In this document: positions 47,833-58,021 of the stretch, piece by piece
Layout: each line of letters starts with the position of its first letter
How positions within the stretch are numbered: position 1 is the stretch's first letter
From: an uncultured Candidatus Binatia bacterium
GTDB lineage: Bacteria > Desulfobacterota > Binatia > UBA9968 > JAJDTQ01
Assembly: GCA_965215605.1 (NCBI GenBank)
Contig: OZ244070.1
Coordinates: 672,001-736,000, forward strand
DNA: 64,000 nt
Reading direction: 5' to 3'
Made by a program: the position numbers and the translations under genes
Notes under the pieces: model-generated
The model's database searches: none
Told to the model about the DNA's origin: nothing
The model's input: the letters and a program-made list of their open reading frames with translations, nothing else

Positions 47833-47933
47833 CCTTCCGCGCTTGCCTCCCGGCGGGTCGATCCGGTATGCTGAAAGTCCAACGGGCGGTGGACCTCACC
47901 CGACTCCGCCACCGCTTCGATTCGTGTGAGCGT

Positions 47934-48009
<76 letters not shown>

Positions 48010-48034
48010 CGAGTCGGGATCATCCGGAGGCCGC

Positions 48035-49495
48035 GTGTCCCAGATTCCAGCAGCGGATGGGGGAGTTTTCGCAGACTACGATCTGGACCCCGCCTGGTAC
48101 GACGAGATGTTCGGTCCGGACGGGAACCCGCGAGAGGCATCCAGCCGCCTGAACGCGGCCCTGGCGGAACTCGCGCCCGATGATCTGACCAAGCTCCAGG
48201 AAGGCGTCTACCGCCATTTCCTCCACGAGGGCATCATCTTCACCGTCCTCGACGCCGACAAGGCCACCGAGCAAATCATTCCCATCGACTGTGTGCCCCG
48301 CCTGCTGACGGCGGCCGAGTGGGATCACATCGAGCGCGGCCTCAAGCAACGGCTGGCGGCGCTCAACCTGTTCCTGAAGGATGTCTACCACGACGGACGG
48401 TGCCTGCGGGACGGGATTGTACCCATCGACCTGGTGCTGGGCTGCCCCCAGTACCGCATGGAAATGCGGGGGCTGAAGGTCCCGCACGACGTCTACGTGG
48501 CCGTGTGCGGCACCGACATCGTGCGCACCCACGACGGTTTCGCCGTCCTCGAGGACAATCTCCGGGTTCCCTCCGGCGTGTCCTACATGCTCGCCTGCCG
48601 CAACGCCATCAAGGATGCATTCCCGAGGCTTTACCGCGCGCATCGGGTCCGCGAGGTGGCGGACTATGCCGAACGCCTCTACGCCACGCTCGCGTCTCTG
48701 CGCCCGTCGTTGCAGGATCCGCAAGTGGCGATCCTGACTCCCGGCCACCATAACGCCGCATTCTACGAGCACGCCTTCCTGGCAGGGGAAATGGGCATCG
48801 ATCTGGTGGAAGGACAGGATCTCGTCTTGCGCGACGGCGCGTTGCACGCCCGCACCACGGCGGGGCTCCGCCGGGTCGACGTGCTGTACCGGCGCATCGA
48901 CGATGACTTCCTCGATCCGGTGCTGTTCCGAAGCGAATCGATCCTGGGGACGGCAGGGCTCTTCCACGCCTACCGCTCGGGCAACGTCGTGCTGGCCAAC
49001 GCGCCGGGCACCGGCGTGGCCGACGACAAGAGCCTCTACTCCTACGTGCCCCGCATCATCCGTTACTTTCTCGGTGAAGAACCGATCCTGGCCAACATCG
49101 AAACCCATCTCTGTCGCGAGCCGGAGGGGCTGGCCTACACGCTGGAACATCTGGACGAGTTGGTCGTCAAGGAGGTCGGCGGAGCGGGCGGCTACGGAAT
49201 GCTGGTGGGACCCCACGCCTCCGCGGACGAGCGGGCCCGCTACGCCGAACGGCTGCGCGCCGATCCGGCCAACTTCATCTCGCAGCCGGTGCTGGCCCTG
49301 TCCCGCGCGCCCTGCTTCATCGACGGCGCCATCGAGCCGCGCCACGTGGACCTGCGGCCGTTCGTGCTGCAGGGACGCGACGAGCAGCACGTGGTGCCGG
49401 GCGGGCTGTGCCGGGTGGCGCTCCGGCGCGGCAGTCTGGTGGTCAACTCCAGCCAGGGAGGCGGCTGCAAGGATCTGTGGATACTTGAGGACTGA
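48035..49495 (+). CDS. Circularly permuted type 2 ATP-grasp protein
   Basis: YDEM, VLEDNLRVPSGVSY, VDVLYRRIDDDFLDP, NAPGTGVADDK, PRHVDLRPF, VVNSSQGGG.KD.W. Confidence 0.95.
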   Translation: MSQIPAADGGVFADYDLDPAWYDEMFGPDGNPREASSRLNAALAELAPDDLTKLQEGVYRHFLHEGIIFTVLDADKATEQIIPIDCVPRLLTAAEWDHIERGLKQRLAALNLFLKDVYHDGRCLRDGIVPIDLVLGCPQYRMEMRGLKVPHDVYVAVCGTDIVRTHDGFAVLEDNLRVPSGVSYMLACRNAIKDAFPRLYRAHRVREVADYAERLYATLASLRPSLQDPQVAILTPGHHNAAFYEHAFLAGEMGIDLVEGQDLVLRDGALHARTTAGLRRVDVLYRRIDDDFLDPVLFRSESILGTAGLFHAYRSGNVVLANAPGTGVADDKSLYSYVPRIIRYFLGEEPILANIETHLCREPEGLAYTLEHLDELVVKEVGGAGGYGMLVGPHASADERARYAERLRADPANFISQPVLALSRAPCFIDGAIEPRHVDLRPFVLQGRDEQHVVPGGLCRVALRRGSLVVNSSQGGGCKDLWILED

Positions 49496-49501
49496 GGGAT
49501 C

Positions 49502-50476
49502 ATGCTCGCACGGGTAGCCGCCGAGTTCTATTGGCTGGGCCGTCACGTCGAACGCATCGAGCACACGGCGCGCCTTCTCCGATTCCAGCTCACCCGTCTC
49601 GCCGACTCCCCGGCGGACGATTTGAACGTCGGCTGGCAAGCCGTGTACCGTATCCTCGGGCAGGCGCCGGTGGGCACGACCGCGAGCGGTGATGAGGCGG
49701 AAGCCATCGTCATCCCCGACGCCTACACGCTGGCCGGCGAACTGGTGGAAGAGCGGTCCAATCCGGACTCGCTGCTGTCATGCTGGGAGTTGGGGCGGGA
49801 GAACGGGCAGCGCGTGCGCGCGCAGTTGCCATTGCCCGTGTGGACGTGTCTCAACCAAGGCTACCTCTGGATACGGGACAGCCATTTCAGCGTGGCCTGG
49901 TCCAAGGGGCCGGCCGCCTTGGTGAACGAAGCCATTGAACGGCTGCGGCTGTTGGCCGGGGTGGTGGAAGACGTCATGCCGCGGGACGACACATGGCGTT
50001 TTCTCGAGCTAGGCCGGTTCACGGAACGGGTCCAGCATCAGGCGGCGCTGCTCGCCTCGTGGGTCGAGCTGAATTTCGAGGAACGGGCCAGCGGCCTCTC
50101 GTGGGCCGAGCTTCTGCGGGTGTGCGGGGCCTACGAAGTCTATTGCCGCCGCCACTCTACCGACGTGGGGAAGAAGGAGGCCGTCAGCCTGCTCACCCAG
50201 GACCCGGGACTCCCCCGCTCGCTGCGCTTCTCGGTCCAGCGCATCGAAGAGTTGCTGGCGGGTATCGACCCGGTGGGTGCCCGTTACCCCTTGGCGCCGC
50301 CGCATCGGATGGCGCTCCGCCTCGTCGCGACCGTCGAGATGGAACCCGCTGGCCTTTCGGCGGAGTCCGCCGCCAGCGACTATTTTCGCTCGGTGGAAAA
50401 TGATGCCCGGGTCCTCCACCGACTGACCATGGCCGCCTACGTGACCCATTCTCCGGCCGAGGGGCTTGCCACTTGA
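49502..50476 (+). CDS. Alpha-E domain protein (DUF403)
   Basis: MLARVA..YWLGR.VER.E.TARLL, second LGRFTER repeat, PRSLRF. Confidence 0.92.
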   Translation: MLARVAAEFYWLGRHVERIEHTARLLRFQLTRLADSPADDLNVGWQAVYRILGQAPVGTTASGDEAEAIVIPDAYTLAGELVEERSNPDSLLSCWELGRENGQRVRAQLPLPVWTCLNQGYLWIRDSHFSVAWSKGPAALVNEAIERLRLLAGVVEDVMPRDDTWRFLELGRFTERVQHQAALLASWVELNFEERASGLSWAELLRVCGAYEVYCRRHSTDVGKKEAVSLLTQDPGLPRSLRFSVQRIEELLAGIDPVGARYPLAPPHRMALRLVATVEMEPAGLSAESAASDYFRSVENDARVLHRLTMAAYVTHSPAEGLAT

Positions 50477-51327
50477 TCGTCACCTACGCCATCGAGCACC
50501 GGATGCATTTCAGGTACGCCGCGCCCGCCAGGGACTCGGTGATGACGCTGTATGCGTGTCCTGTCCGCGACCGTACCCAGCTTGTCCGTGAGTTCTCCAT
50601 ATCCACCGACCCGGATGGGTCGCTGTTCGATTTCACCGACCCCTTCGGCAATACGGGGTATTTCCTGGACCGGGCCCGCGACCACGAACGGCTCGCGGTC
50701 ACCGTCCGTGCCACGGTGGAGGTGGGCCCGTTGGCGCCCACGCCCGAGCGGCTGGAGGCCGGCGCGGCCGAGGCGATCCGGAGCGCGGCAGCAACCGTCG
50801 AACTCTGGCCGATGGCCCACCCCAGCCGTTTCACCGGCTGGACCCCTGCGCTGGGAGAGTTCATGGAGACCCACGACATCGCCCCGGGAGAGGACCCGCT
50901 GGTGGACGCGCGGGCTCTCTGCGCCAAGCTTCACCGGGTGTTCGAGTACGTTCCGGGAGAGACCCGGGTCGATTCCCCCATCGACCGGATTCTCGAAACC
51001 GGGCGGGGCGTGTGCCAGGACTACGCTCACGTCATGGCCGCCGTCCTGCGCGGCTGGGGGCGGCCCTGCCGGTACGTATCCGGTTACCTCGGTCCTCCCG
51101 CGGCCGGGGTGGCGAGGTGCGAGAGCCACGCCTGGGTCGAGTGCTGGTTTCCCGGACTCGGCTGGATCGGGTTCGACCCCACCAACGACACCGAAGGCGA
51201 CGAGCGTCACATCCGGGTAGCGGTCGGGCGCGACTATGCCGACGTCCCGCCGAGCCGCGGCGTCTTCCGGGGAGCGGCCGGTTCGATCCTCGGAACCGAG
51301 GTCTTCATCGAGAGATTCGCAGACTAG
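50473..51327 (+). CDS. Transglutaminase-like protein
   Basis: GVCQDYAH, RYVSGY, SHAWVE, GFDPTN, GRDYADV (C-H-D triad intact). Confidence 0.94.
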   Translation: MIVTYAIEHRMHFRYAAPARDSVMTLYACPVRDRTQLVREFSISTDPDGSLFDFTDPFGNTGYFLDRARDHERLAVTVRATVEVGPLAPTPERLEAGAAEAIRSAAATVELWPMAHPSRFTGWTPALGEFMETHDIAPGEDPLVDARALCAKLHRVFEYVPGETRVDSPIDRILETGRGVCQDYAHVMAAVLRGWGRPCRYVSGYLGPPAAGVARCESHAWVECWFPGLGWIGFDPTNDTEGDERHIRVAVGRDYADVPPSRGVFRGAAGSILGTEVFIERFAD

Positions 51328-51344
51328 TGTTGCGCTCGCCGTAC

Positions 51345-51415
51345 GGCATGACGCCCCATCCGGTCAACACGCGCGCCACCTCCGTGACGTCCCGCTGCGT
51401 GTAGCCGCCGTGAGC
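51345..51415 (-). pseudogene. Short internal remnant of a DUF1800-family gene
   Basis: GGYTQRDVTEVARVLTGW matches the DUF1800 signature YTQxDVxExARxLTGW. Confidence 0.65.
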
Positions 51416-51619
51416 TGGTCCTCGCTGGCGATCCTCCAACGACCTCGCGACCTCCCTGGCGACCCCGGGTTGGTCGAACGTGCATGACAACGTATCCTGG
51501 TGAACATATCCAATCTGTGATCCTCGTTACCAGCTGCGATATGTGATATGCGATAGCAGAAAAATCCCCATTCTCCGACTGGCAACGGCGGGGAGCAACC
51601 GAGTGAAGGAGGCTGCAAC

Positions 51620-53035
51620 ATGACGATCGAGGATGTTCAGAAACTGATTTCAGACAACAACGTACAGCGTGTCGACCTCCTGGTCACCGACCTTATCGGC
51701 CGTTGGCAACACTTCTCGATACCTCCTTCCAAAGTGAAGGAGAGTCTCGTCGAACGCGGCCAGGGCTTCGACGGCTCCAGCCTGCGCGGCTTCCAGTCCA
51801 TCGACCAGTCCGACATGCTGCTGGTTCCGGATCTGGACACCGCCCGGATCGATCCGGTGGAGCCGAAGCCGTCGCTCAAGCTCATCTGTGACGTCGTCGA
51901 CCCGGTGAACGGGGATCGCTACACCCGCGACCCGCGCTACGTCGCCACCAAGGCGGAAGCCCATCTCATCGCCTCGGGCATCGCCGACAAGGCGTTCTTC
52001 GGCCCGGAGCTCGAGTTCTTCGTGTTCGAGAACGTGCGCTTCGGCATGAAGCTCAACTCGTCCTTCCACATCGTCGACTCCAACGAGGCCGATTGGAACT
52101 CGGCCCGTGAGGAAGACGACCACAACCTGGGCTACAAGATCCCGCCCAAGCAGGGCTATTCCCCCGTTCCCCCGTTCGACCAGACCGCGGACCTGCGCTG
52201 GGAGATGGCGGAGAAGATGGAACAGGTCGGCCTCGAGTTCGAGGTCCACCACCACGAGGTGGCGACGGGCGGCCAGGGGGAGATCGCGACCCGTTTCCAG
52301 ACCCTGCGCCGGAAGGCCGACGAGACCCAGTGGTACAAGCACATCGTCCGCAACGTGGCCAGGGCCCACGGCAAGACCGCGACCTTCATGCCCAAGCCCC
52401 TGTTCGGCGACAACGGCAGCGGCATGCATGTGCATCAGTCACTGTGGCTCGGCGACACGCCACTCTTCTACGAGGCCGGCAGCTACGCCGAGCTGTCGGA
52501 GGTGGCTCGCCACTACATCGGCGGACTGCTCAAGCACAGCCCGTCCTTGCTGGCCTTGTGCGCCCCCACGACCAACTCCTACAAGCGTCTGGTCCCGGGC
52601 TTCGAAGCGCCGGTCTATCTGGCCTACTCGGCGCGCAACCGCTCGGCCGCGATCCGCATCCCCACCTACGAGACTTCGGCCGCCAGCAAACGCATCGAGT
52701 TTCGTCCTCCGGACCCTTCCGCCAACACGTACCTGGCCTTCTCCGCCATGTTGATGGCGGGCCTTGACGGCATACGCAACCGCATAGATCCGGGGGAGCC
52801 CACCGACACGGACATCTACGAGCTCTCCGCCGAAGAAGCCGCCATGATTCCTTCCGTTCCCACTTCCATGGAGGAAGCGGTAGCCGCCCTCGGAGTGGAC
52901 CACCAGTACCTGCTGGAGGGGGGAGTCTTCACGCAGGACGTCATCGACCACTACATCGCGTTCAAGGAGCAGGAATCGAGGGATGTCTTCATGCATCCCG
53001 TCCCGGCGGAGTTTTTCCACTACTACCACATCTAG
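51620..53035 (+). CDS. glnA: Glutamine synthetase type I
   Basis: FDGSS, GPELEFF, HHHEVA, FMPKP..DNGSGMH, NSYKRLVPGFEAP, RNRSA.IRIP, RIEFR; adenylylation-type DIYEL. Confidence 0.97.
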   Translation: MTIEDVQKLISDNNVQRVDLLVTDLIGRWQHFSIPPSKVKESLVERGQGFDGSSLRGFQSIDQSDMLLVPDLDTARIDPVEPKPSLKLICDVVDPVNGDRYTRDPRYVATKAEAHLIASGIADKAFFGPELEFFVFENVRFGMKLNSSFHIVDSNEADWNSAREEDDHNLGYKIPPKQGYSPVPPFDQTADLRWEMAEKMEQVGLEFEVHHHEVATGGQGEIATRFQTLRRKADETQWYKHIVRNVARAHGKTATFMPKPLFGDNGSGMHVHQSLWLGDTPLFYEAGSYAELSEVARHYIGGLLKHSPSLLALCAPTTNSYKRLVPGFEAPVYLAYSARNRSAAIRIPTYETSAASKRIEFRPPDPSANTYLAFSAMLMAGLDGIRNRIDPGEPTDTDIYELSAEEAAMIPSVPTSMEEAVAALGVDHQYLLEGGVFTQDVIDHYIAFKEQESRDVFMHPVPAEFFHYYHI

Positions 53036-53131
53036 CAGCATGGCCGGCCGGACAGGATCAGCGGAACCCTGGACCGGCCCATAGTTTGGAGGTTTGCAGG
53101 CGCATTCGATGAAACCGGAGGTACCGTAGAC

Positions 53132-54559
53132 ATGAGAAAGTACGGCATTCCCACAAACGTATTCGACCTCGGCGGACACTTCGGCCGCCTGGCCGTGGCG
53201 GGGGCACTCGCCGCGGCATTGGGGTTCTTCTGGTTGGCGACGGCGGCGGACGCCGCCCTGGACAAGGAGGCGCAGTTCGTTCTGAACACGTTCTCCTTCC
53301 TTATCTGGGGCGCCCTGGTGATGTGGATGTGCGCGGGCTTCACCATGCTCGAGTCCGGCTCGGTGCGGACGAAGAACGTGTCCATGATCTGCCTCAAGAA
53401 CATGGGCCTCTACGCCATCGCCGGGATCATGTACTTCTTCATCGGCTACAACCTGATGTACGTGGAGGTGGGCAGCTTCATCGGCACCTTCACTCCTTTC
53501 TACGGACCCACGGCCGAGGAAGTCGCGCTGTTGTCCGCAACGGATCAGACGAGGGCGGCGGCAACCGAGGCGGTGATCAAGTCCGACTACGCGACGATGT
53601 CGGACTGGTTCTTCCAGATGGTGTTCGTGGCCACCACCGCCTCCATCGTTTCCGGAACGCTGGCGGAACGCGTGAAGCTCTGGAGCTTCTTCGTGTTCAT
53701 CGTCCTTCTGACGGGCGTCTTGTACCCCATCGTCGGCGCCTGGACCTGGGGCGGCGGATGGCTGGGCGCCATGGGCTTCAAGGACTTCGCCGGCTCCACC
53801 ATCGTCCATTCCACCGGCGGCTGGGCCGCCCTGGCGGGCGCCATCGTGGTGGGGGCCCGGCGCGGCAAGTTCCGTGCCGACGGCAGCGTCAAGGCCACGC
53901 CTCCTTCCAACATCCCCATTGTCACCCTGGGCGTCTTCATCCTGTGGTTCGGGTGGTTCGGGTTTAACGGCGGATCGCAACTGGCCCTGGGCGGCGCCGC
54001 CGATGCGGTGGCCATCAGCCACATCCTGGTCAACACCAACCTGGCCGGGGCCGCGGGGTTTCTGGTCGCCCTCGTGATCGAGCGGCCCCTGCTCGGGCGC
54101 ATCGACCTGATGGCGGGCCTCAACGGCGCCCTGGCGGGCCTGGTATCCATTACCGCGGGACCCGACTTCGCCAGCCACTACTGGGCGGTGATCATCGGCG
54201 CGGTCGGCGGCGGCATCTGCGTGGCCGGCTTGAGGCTGCTGGACCTGCTCAAGGTGGACGACGTCGTCGGCGCCATTCCGGTCCACCTGTTCGCGGGCAT
54301 CTGGGGGACCCTTGCCACCTGCATCGTGGCCGGCGGACACTTCGGCGTGCAACTGCTCGGAGTGGTGGCCGTCGGCATCTTCGTGTTCGCGGCGTCGTGG
54401 CTGACCTGGATGGCGCTGAAGCAGGTCTTGGGAGCGCGGGTATCGCTGTCGGTGGAGGAGCTCGGACAGGACGCCGGGGAGCTGGGCATCGAAGCCTACC
54501 CCGAATTCGTGGTCATGCCCGATCCCGACGACGTCGACGCGCTCCGCAACAGCGGCTGA
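53132..54559 (+). CDS. amtB: Ammonium transporter
   Basis: FFQMVF, DFAGSTIVH, WFGWFGFNGGS, DD...AIPVH; both pore His residues present. Confidence 0.96.
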   Translation: MRKYGIPTNVFDLGGHFGRLAVAGALAAALGFFWLATAADAALDKEAQFVLNTFSFLIWGALVMWMCAGFTMLESGSVRTKNVSMICLKNMGLYAIAGIMYFFIGYNLMYVEVGSFIGTFTPFYGPTAEEVALLSATDQTRAAATEAVIKSDYATMSDWFFQMVFVATTASIVSGTLAERVKLWSFFVFIVLLTGVLYPIVGAWTWGGGWLGAMGFKDFAGSTIVHSTGGWAALAGAIVVGARRGKFRADGSVKATPPSNIPIVTLGVFILWFGWFGFNGGSQLALGGAADAVAISHILVNTNLAGAAGFLVALVIERPLLGRIDLMAGLNGALAGLVSITAGPDFASHYWAVIIGAVGGGICVAGLRLLDLLKVDDVVGAIPVHLFAGIWGTLATCIVAGGHFGVQLLGVVAVGIFVFAASWLTWMALKQVLGARVSLSVEELGQDAGELGIEAYPEFVVMPDPDDVDALRNSG

Positions 54560-54569
54560 ACTGCCAAGT

Positions 54570-54608
54570 GGGTTGCCAGCCGGGACTGTCGGCCCCGGCT
54601 GGCAACCC
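54570..54608. terminator. 15-bp hairpin between convergent amt and kinase genes
   Basis: GGGTTGCCAGCCGGG-N9-CCCGGCTGGCAACCC. Confidence 0.75.
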
Positions 54609-54653
54609 GGCGCCGACAAAACACCTTGACCCGACAAACGGGGATCAGCCCGG

Positions 54654-56810
54654 CTAAACGTCGGCGGATGCCGAGCCGTCGGCCGGGATGGTGATCCAGA
54701 ACTCCGCGAACACGCCCGGCTCCGAGTTCACGCCCATAAGGCCTCCGTGCTGGGACACGATGTCCTGGGACAGGGACAGTCCGAGTCCTGTGCCTTCTCC
54801 GGTGGGTTTGGTGGTGACGAAAGGCTCGAATATCTTCTTGATCATGTCCGGGGAAATTCCGGGTCCGTTGTCCCAGATCCGGAACTCCACCTGATTGCCT
54901 TCGAGCCGGCTGAACAACCGGATCCGCGGCTCATAGGCGGCGCCCTCCGACTTGGCCCGTTCGAAGGTCGCATGACAGGCGTTGGTCACGAGATTGAGGA
55001 AGACGCGGCTCAAGTCCTGGGGCACGACCTCGATCTCTCCTATCTGGCCGTCCATTTCCTCTTCCCAGGTCACGTTGAACTGCTGATCCTTGGCGCGCAT
55101 GGCGTGGTAGGCGAGATCGGCATACTGCTTGAGCAGCGCGTTCAGGTCCACCGCGCGCCGTTCGCCGGACTGAGCCCGTGAGTGGTCCAGCATGCTGCGT
55201 ACGATGCCGTCGGCGCGCTTGCCGTGCTGGTTGATCTTCTCGAGATTGGCGGTCAAGTCGCCGAGGATCCCCTCGATCTCGTCCCGGGCGTCGTCGGGGA
55301 CCTGCTCACGGATCTCACCCAACACCTCCCGGGCCTCCTCGATCAACTCGCCGGAAACCTCGGAGAAGTTGTTCACGAAATTGAGAGGGTTCTTAATCTC
55401 GTGGGCGATACCGGCGGTGAGCTGTCCCAGCGACGCCAACTTCTCCTGCATGACGACCTGGTGCTGGGCGGTCTTCAAATCCTCGAGCGTCTGCTCCAGC
55501 TCGACGTTCTTCTCCTGCAACTCGTCGGCGAGCTTCTCCACCAGATTGAGCCGCTGCACCTCCAGGGCGTGCTTCCGGAACACTTCCAGAGCATCCGCCA
55601 TGTCGTTCACCTCGTCGTTGCCCCGGACCTCCACGGGCACCTCGAGGTTGCCCTCGGCCATGGAACGCATGGACGCGGCCAGTCCGGTCAGGCGGCGGAT
55701 CAGGTAGCGGCCGACGAAGATCCAACCGAGCGCGACCACCCCGATCACGTTCACCACGTTGAGGACCACCAGCACGATCATGCTCGTGTTCACGGCCGAC
55801 GTGGAGGCGTTGCTGGCTTCGTCCGCCTGACGGTCCGCCACCGCCACCACCCTATCCATGGCCGCCAGCAGTCTGGACGCGGTGGCCCGGTTCTCCTCGA
55901 TGTAGCGGTTCTCCAACTCCGCTTCTCTCAGGATGGCTTCCTGAATGCTGAATATCCCCTCGGGACCCTCCCCCAAAGACTTGAGCCGTTCGAACTCGAA
56001 GTCGAGCATCCGGGTGGGAGAAGCACGGGACTCGGAGGACCGGAACGCGCGCTCGAACGAGCCGAGGGCGGCGTTGTAGCGCTCCCGGAGAGGCTGGATC
56101 AGGGTCCGGTCGTTCAGCACCGTGGCCTCCGCCAGCAGCCTCGCGGCAAGGTTGGCCTGGGTATGCAGGGTCAGCAGATCCCGATAGCGCACCAGCTCCG
56201 CGTAGGACGTGCGCTCCCCCGGAGGCACCGGCCGGTCGTGGATCGCCCTTAGCCCGGTGGCGAGAAAGAACTGCTGATCGTCGATCTCCGGTACCAGAAT
56301 ACGATCGATCTGCCGGGTCATGGCCAGGATCTCGGCTTCGCGGGCATCCAGCCGCCGCTGGGTCTCCCGCCGTAGCGACGAAGACTGCTCGATCTTCTCC
56401 AGCGTGGTGGCCAGGGCGCCCGAAAGGGTACGGAGGGCGAGCGCCTGTTCCTGATTTTCCAGCGACTCGCGCACCCGGAGCTCGTCGATCAGCTTGTCGA
56501 GCAGTTCGCGGTCCTTGGCGATGGCCGCCTTGACCTCGGCGAGCTCGGCTTCGGAGGAGGCGGAAACGAGGCGCGGTGCCGCGTCGACCAGAGCCGAGCT
56601 CGCCTGCGCGGCGCGGATGGCAGCCACCAGGGTGGGGACGCTCTGCTCGGTAATGTAACGCTGTGAATTGCTCACGACCCCGAAAGCCACCAGGGCCACG
56701 GCGCTGGCTGCCAGCATCAGCAGCACTCCGGCGCCGAAAGCGACATACATCTTGGCGCCGAGGCCGATACGCCAGCGCTCCACCCGCTTGAAGAGGTCTG
56801 CGAGACTCAC
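54654..56810 (-). CDS. Membrane sensor histidine kinase (long helical TorS-like periplasmic domain, HAMP, NtrB-like HisKA/HATPase)
   Basis: Two TM segments, GNDEV.DMA.AL HAMP, EKLASLG..AGIAHEIKNPL, NL..NA, DNGPG, FVTTK..GTGLGL. Confidence 0.9.
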   Translation of the reverse strand: MSLADLFKRVERWRIGLGAKMYVAFGAGVLLMLAASAVALVAFGVVSNSQRYITEQSVPTLVAAIRAAQASSALVDAAPRLVSASSEAELAEVKAAIAKDRELLDKLIDELRVRESLENQEQALALRTLSGALATTLEKIEQSSSLRRETQRRLDAREAEILAMTRQIDRILVPEIDDQQFFLATGLRAIHDRPVPPGERTSYAELVRYRDLLTLHTQANLAARLLAEATVLNDRTLIQPLRERYNAALGSFERAFRSSESRASPTRMLDFEFERLKSLGEGPEGIFSIQEAILREAELENRYIEENRATASRLLAAMDRVVAVADRQADEASNASTSAVNTSMIVLVVLNVVNVIGVVALGWIFVGRYLIRRLTGLAASMRSMAEGNLEVPVEVRGNDEVNDMADALEVFRKHALEVQRLNLVEKLADELQEKNVELEQTLEDLKTAQHQVVMQEKLASLGQLTAGIAHEIKNPLNFVNNFSEVSGELIEEAREVLGEIREQVPDDARDEIEGILGDLTANLEKINQHGKRADGIVRSMLDHSRAQSGERRAVDLNALLKQYADLAYHAMRAKDQQFNVTWEEEMDGQIGEIEVVPQDLSRVFLNLVTNACHATFERAKSEGAAYEPRIRLFSRLEGNQVEFRIWDNGPGISPDMIKKIFEPFVTTKPTGEGTGLGLSLSQDIVSQHGGLMGVNSEPGVFAEFWITIPADGSASADV

Positions 56811-58009
56811 GGCCGCTCCAGGCGCTGGATCGAACGAAACCGCTCGGAGTCGTCGATCACGGTCAGATAGACCCGATCGGAGCCCTGGTTGTCCGCTTCC
56901 CCGTAGAGCAGCATGAAGCCGCCCAGATCCATGTTGCCGGCCTTCTGGAGGGCGGCAATGAACCCCTTGCGGGTGAGCCCGGGTCCCGCCCGGCGAAGCG
57001 CCTCCACCGCCACCCGGCCCGTCAGGTATCCTTCGAGTGAAACGAAGCCGGGCTCCGCGTCCGGGGCCACGGCGTGAAGGGACTCATGGTATCGGGCGAC
57101 TACGGGAATCCGCTTGTCGTGGGGGAAAGGCACCACCTGGGTGACGATGATGTCCTTGCCCGAAGAGCCCAGGGCCTTGGCCAGCGCCGAGCTTCCGACG
57201 AAGGAGATGTTCACGAAGACAGGGTTGAAACCGAGGCGCCGGGACCACTTGATGAACGTGGCCACCGGCTGGTAGGCGCCCACGATGATGACCGCCTCGG
57301 GGTTGCCCAGCCTGAGGTCCAGTACCGCGGTCTTGACGGCCCGGGTGTTGCGCGGATAGGTGGCCTCCGCGGCCAGCGTCATGCCGCGACGTTGCAGCGC
57401 CTGGAGCGTGCCCGAGAGCCCCGCGCGGCCGTAGGAGTCGTCCTGATATAGGATGCCGATGCGTTCCACCCCCAGGTCACGAGTAAGCCGCTCCACCATC
57501 TCTTCGGTCTCCTGATAATAGGAGGCGCGTACGTTGATGACCGTGGGCCGTTTGCGCGCGTCGCGGAGGAACTCCGCGCCGGTGAAAGCGCCCACGTAGG
57601 GAACGCCGGCTTCCGTCGCGATGGGCTCCGCCGCCTTCGAGGTCGGCGTCCCCACGGCGCCAATCAGCGCAAAGACATGCTGTTCGTTGATAAGGAGGTG
57701 GGTATTGGCGATGGCCGCCTCGGGCTCGTAACGGTCGTCGAGGGTGTTGAGACGCAACTGCCGGCCGTGGATGCCGCCGGCTCGATTCGCTTCCTCGAAA
57801 GCGGCCGTGATGCCCAGCCGCATCCCTTTGCCCAAGGCCTTGGCGGGCCCGCTCAGGGCACAGGACTGGCCGAAAATGACGCTGGACGGACCGATGCCCG
57901 GTGTGAGGGAACCCGGCGGCGGTGTCTGTGCGGTGGATTGCGGAACGGCGGCCAACACCGTCATCGCCACCAACAAGGGCACGACAGCGAACCGCGCGAA
58001 GACGTACAC
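56807..58009 (-). CDS. Type-1 periplasmic binding protein (LivJ-like), no cognate permease
   Basis: Signal peptide, GQSCALSGP, NRAGGIHGR, DDRYEP, GAVGTPT, VRASY, YQDDSYG. Confidence 0.9.
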   Translation of the reverse strand: MYVFARFAVVPLLVAMTVLAAVPQSTAQTPPPGSLTPGIGPSSVIFGQSCALSGPAKALGKGMRLGITAAFEEANRAGGIHGRQLRLNTLDDRYEPEAAIANTHLLINEQHVFALIGAVGTPTSKAAEPIATEAGVPYVGAFTGAEFLRDARKRPTVINVRASYYQETEEMVERLTRDLGVERIGILYQDDSYGRAGLSGTLQALQRRGMTLAAEATYPRNTRAVKTAVLDLRLGNPEAVIIVGAYQPVATFIKWSRRLGFNPVFVNISFVGSSALAKALGSSGKDIIVTQVVPFPHDKRIPVVARYHESLHAVAPDAEPGFVSLEGYLTGRVAVEALRRAGPGLTRKGFIAALQKAGNMDLGGFMLLYGEADNQGSDRVYLTVIDDSERFRSIQRLERP

Positions 58010-58021
58010 GGACTTCAGTTC

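Noticed and set aside
53790-53802. GGCTCCACCA as attR of a tRNA-Ala island
   Set aside because: Only about 10 bp and lies in the conserved GSTIVH codons of amt
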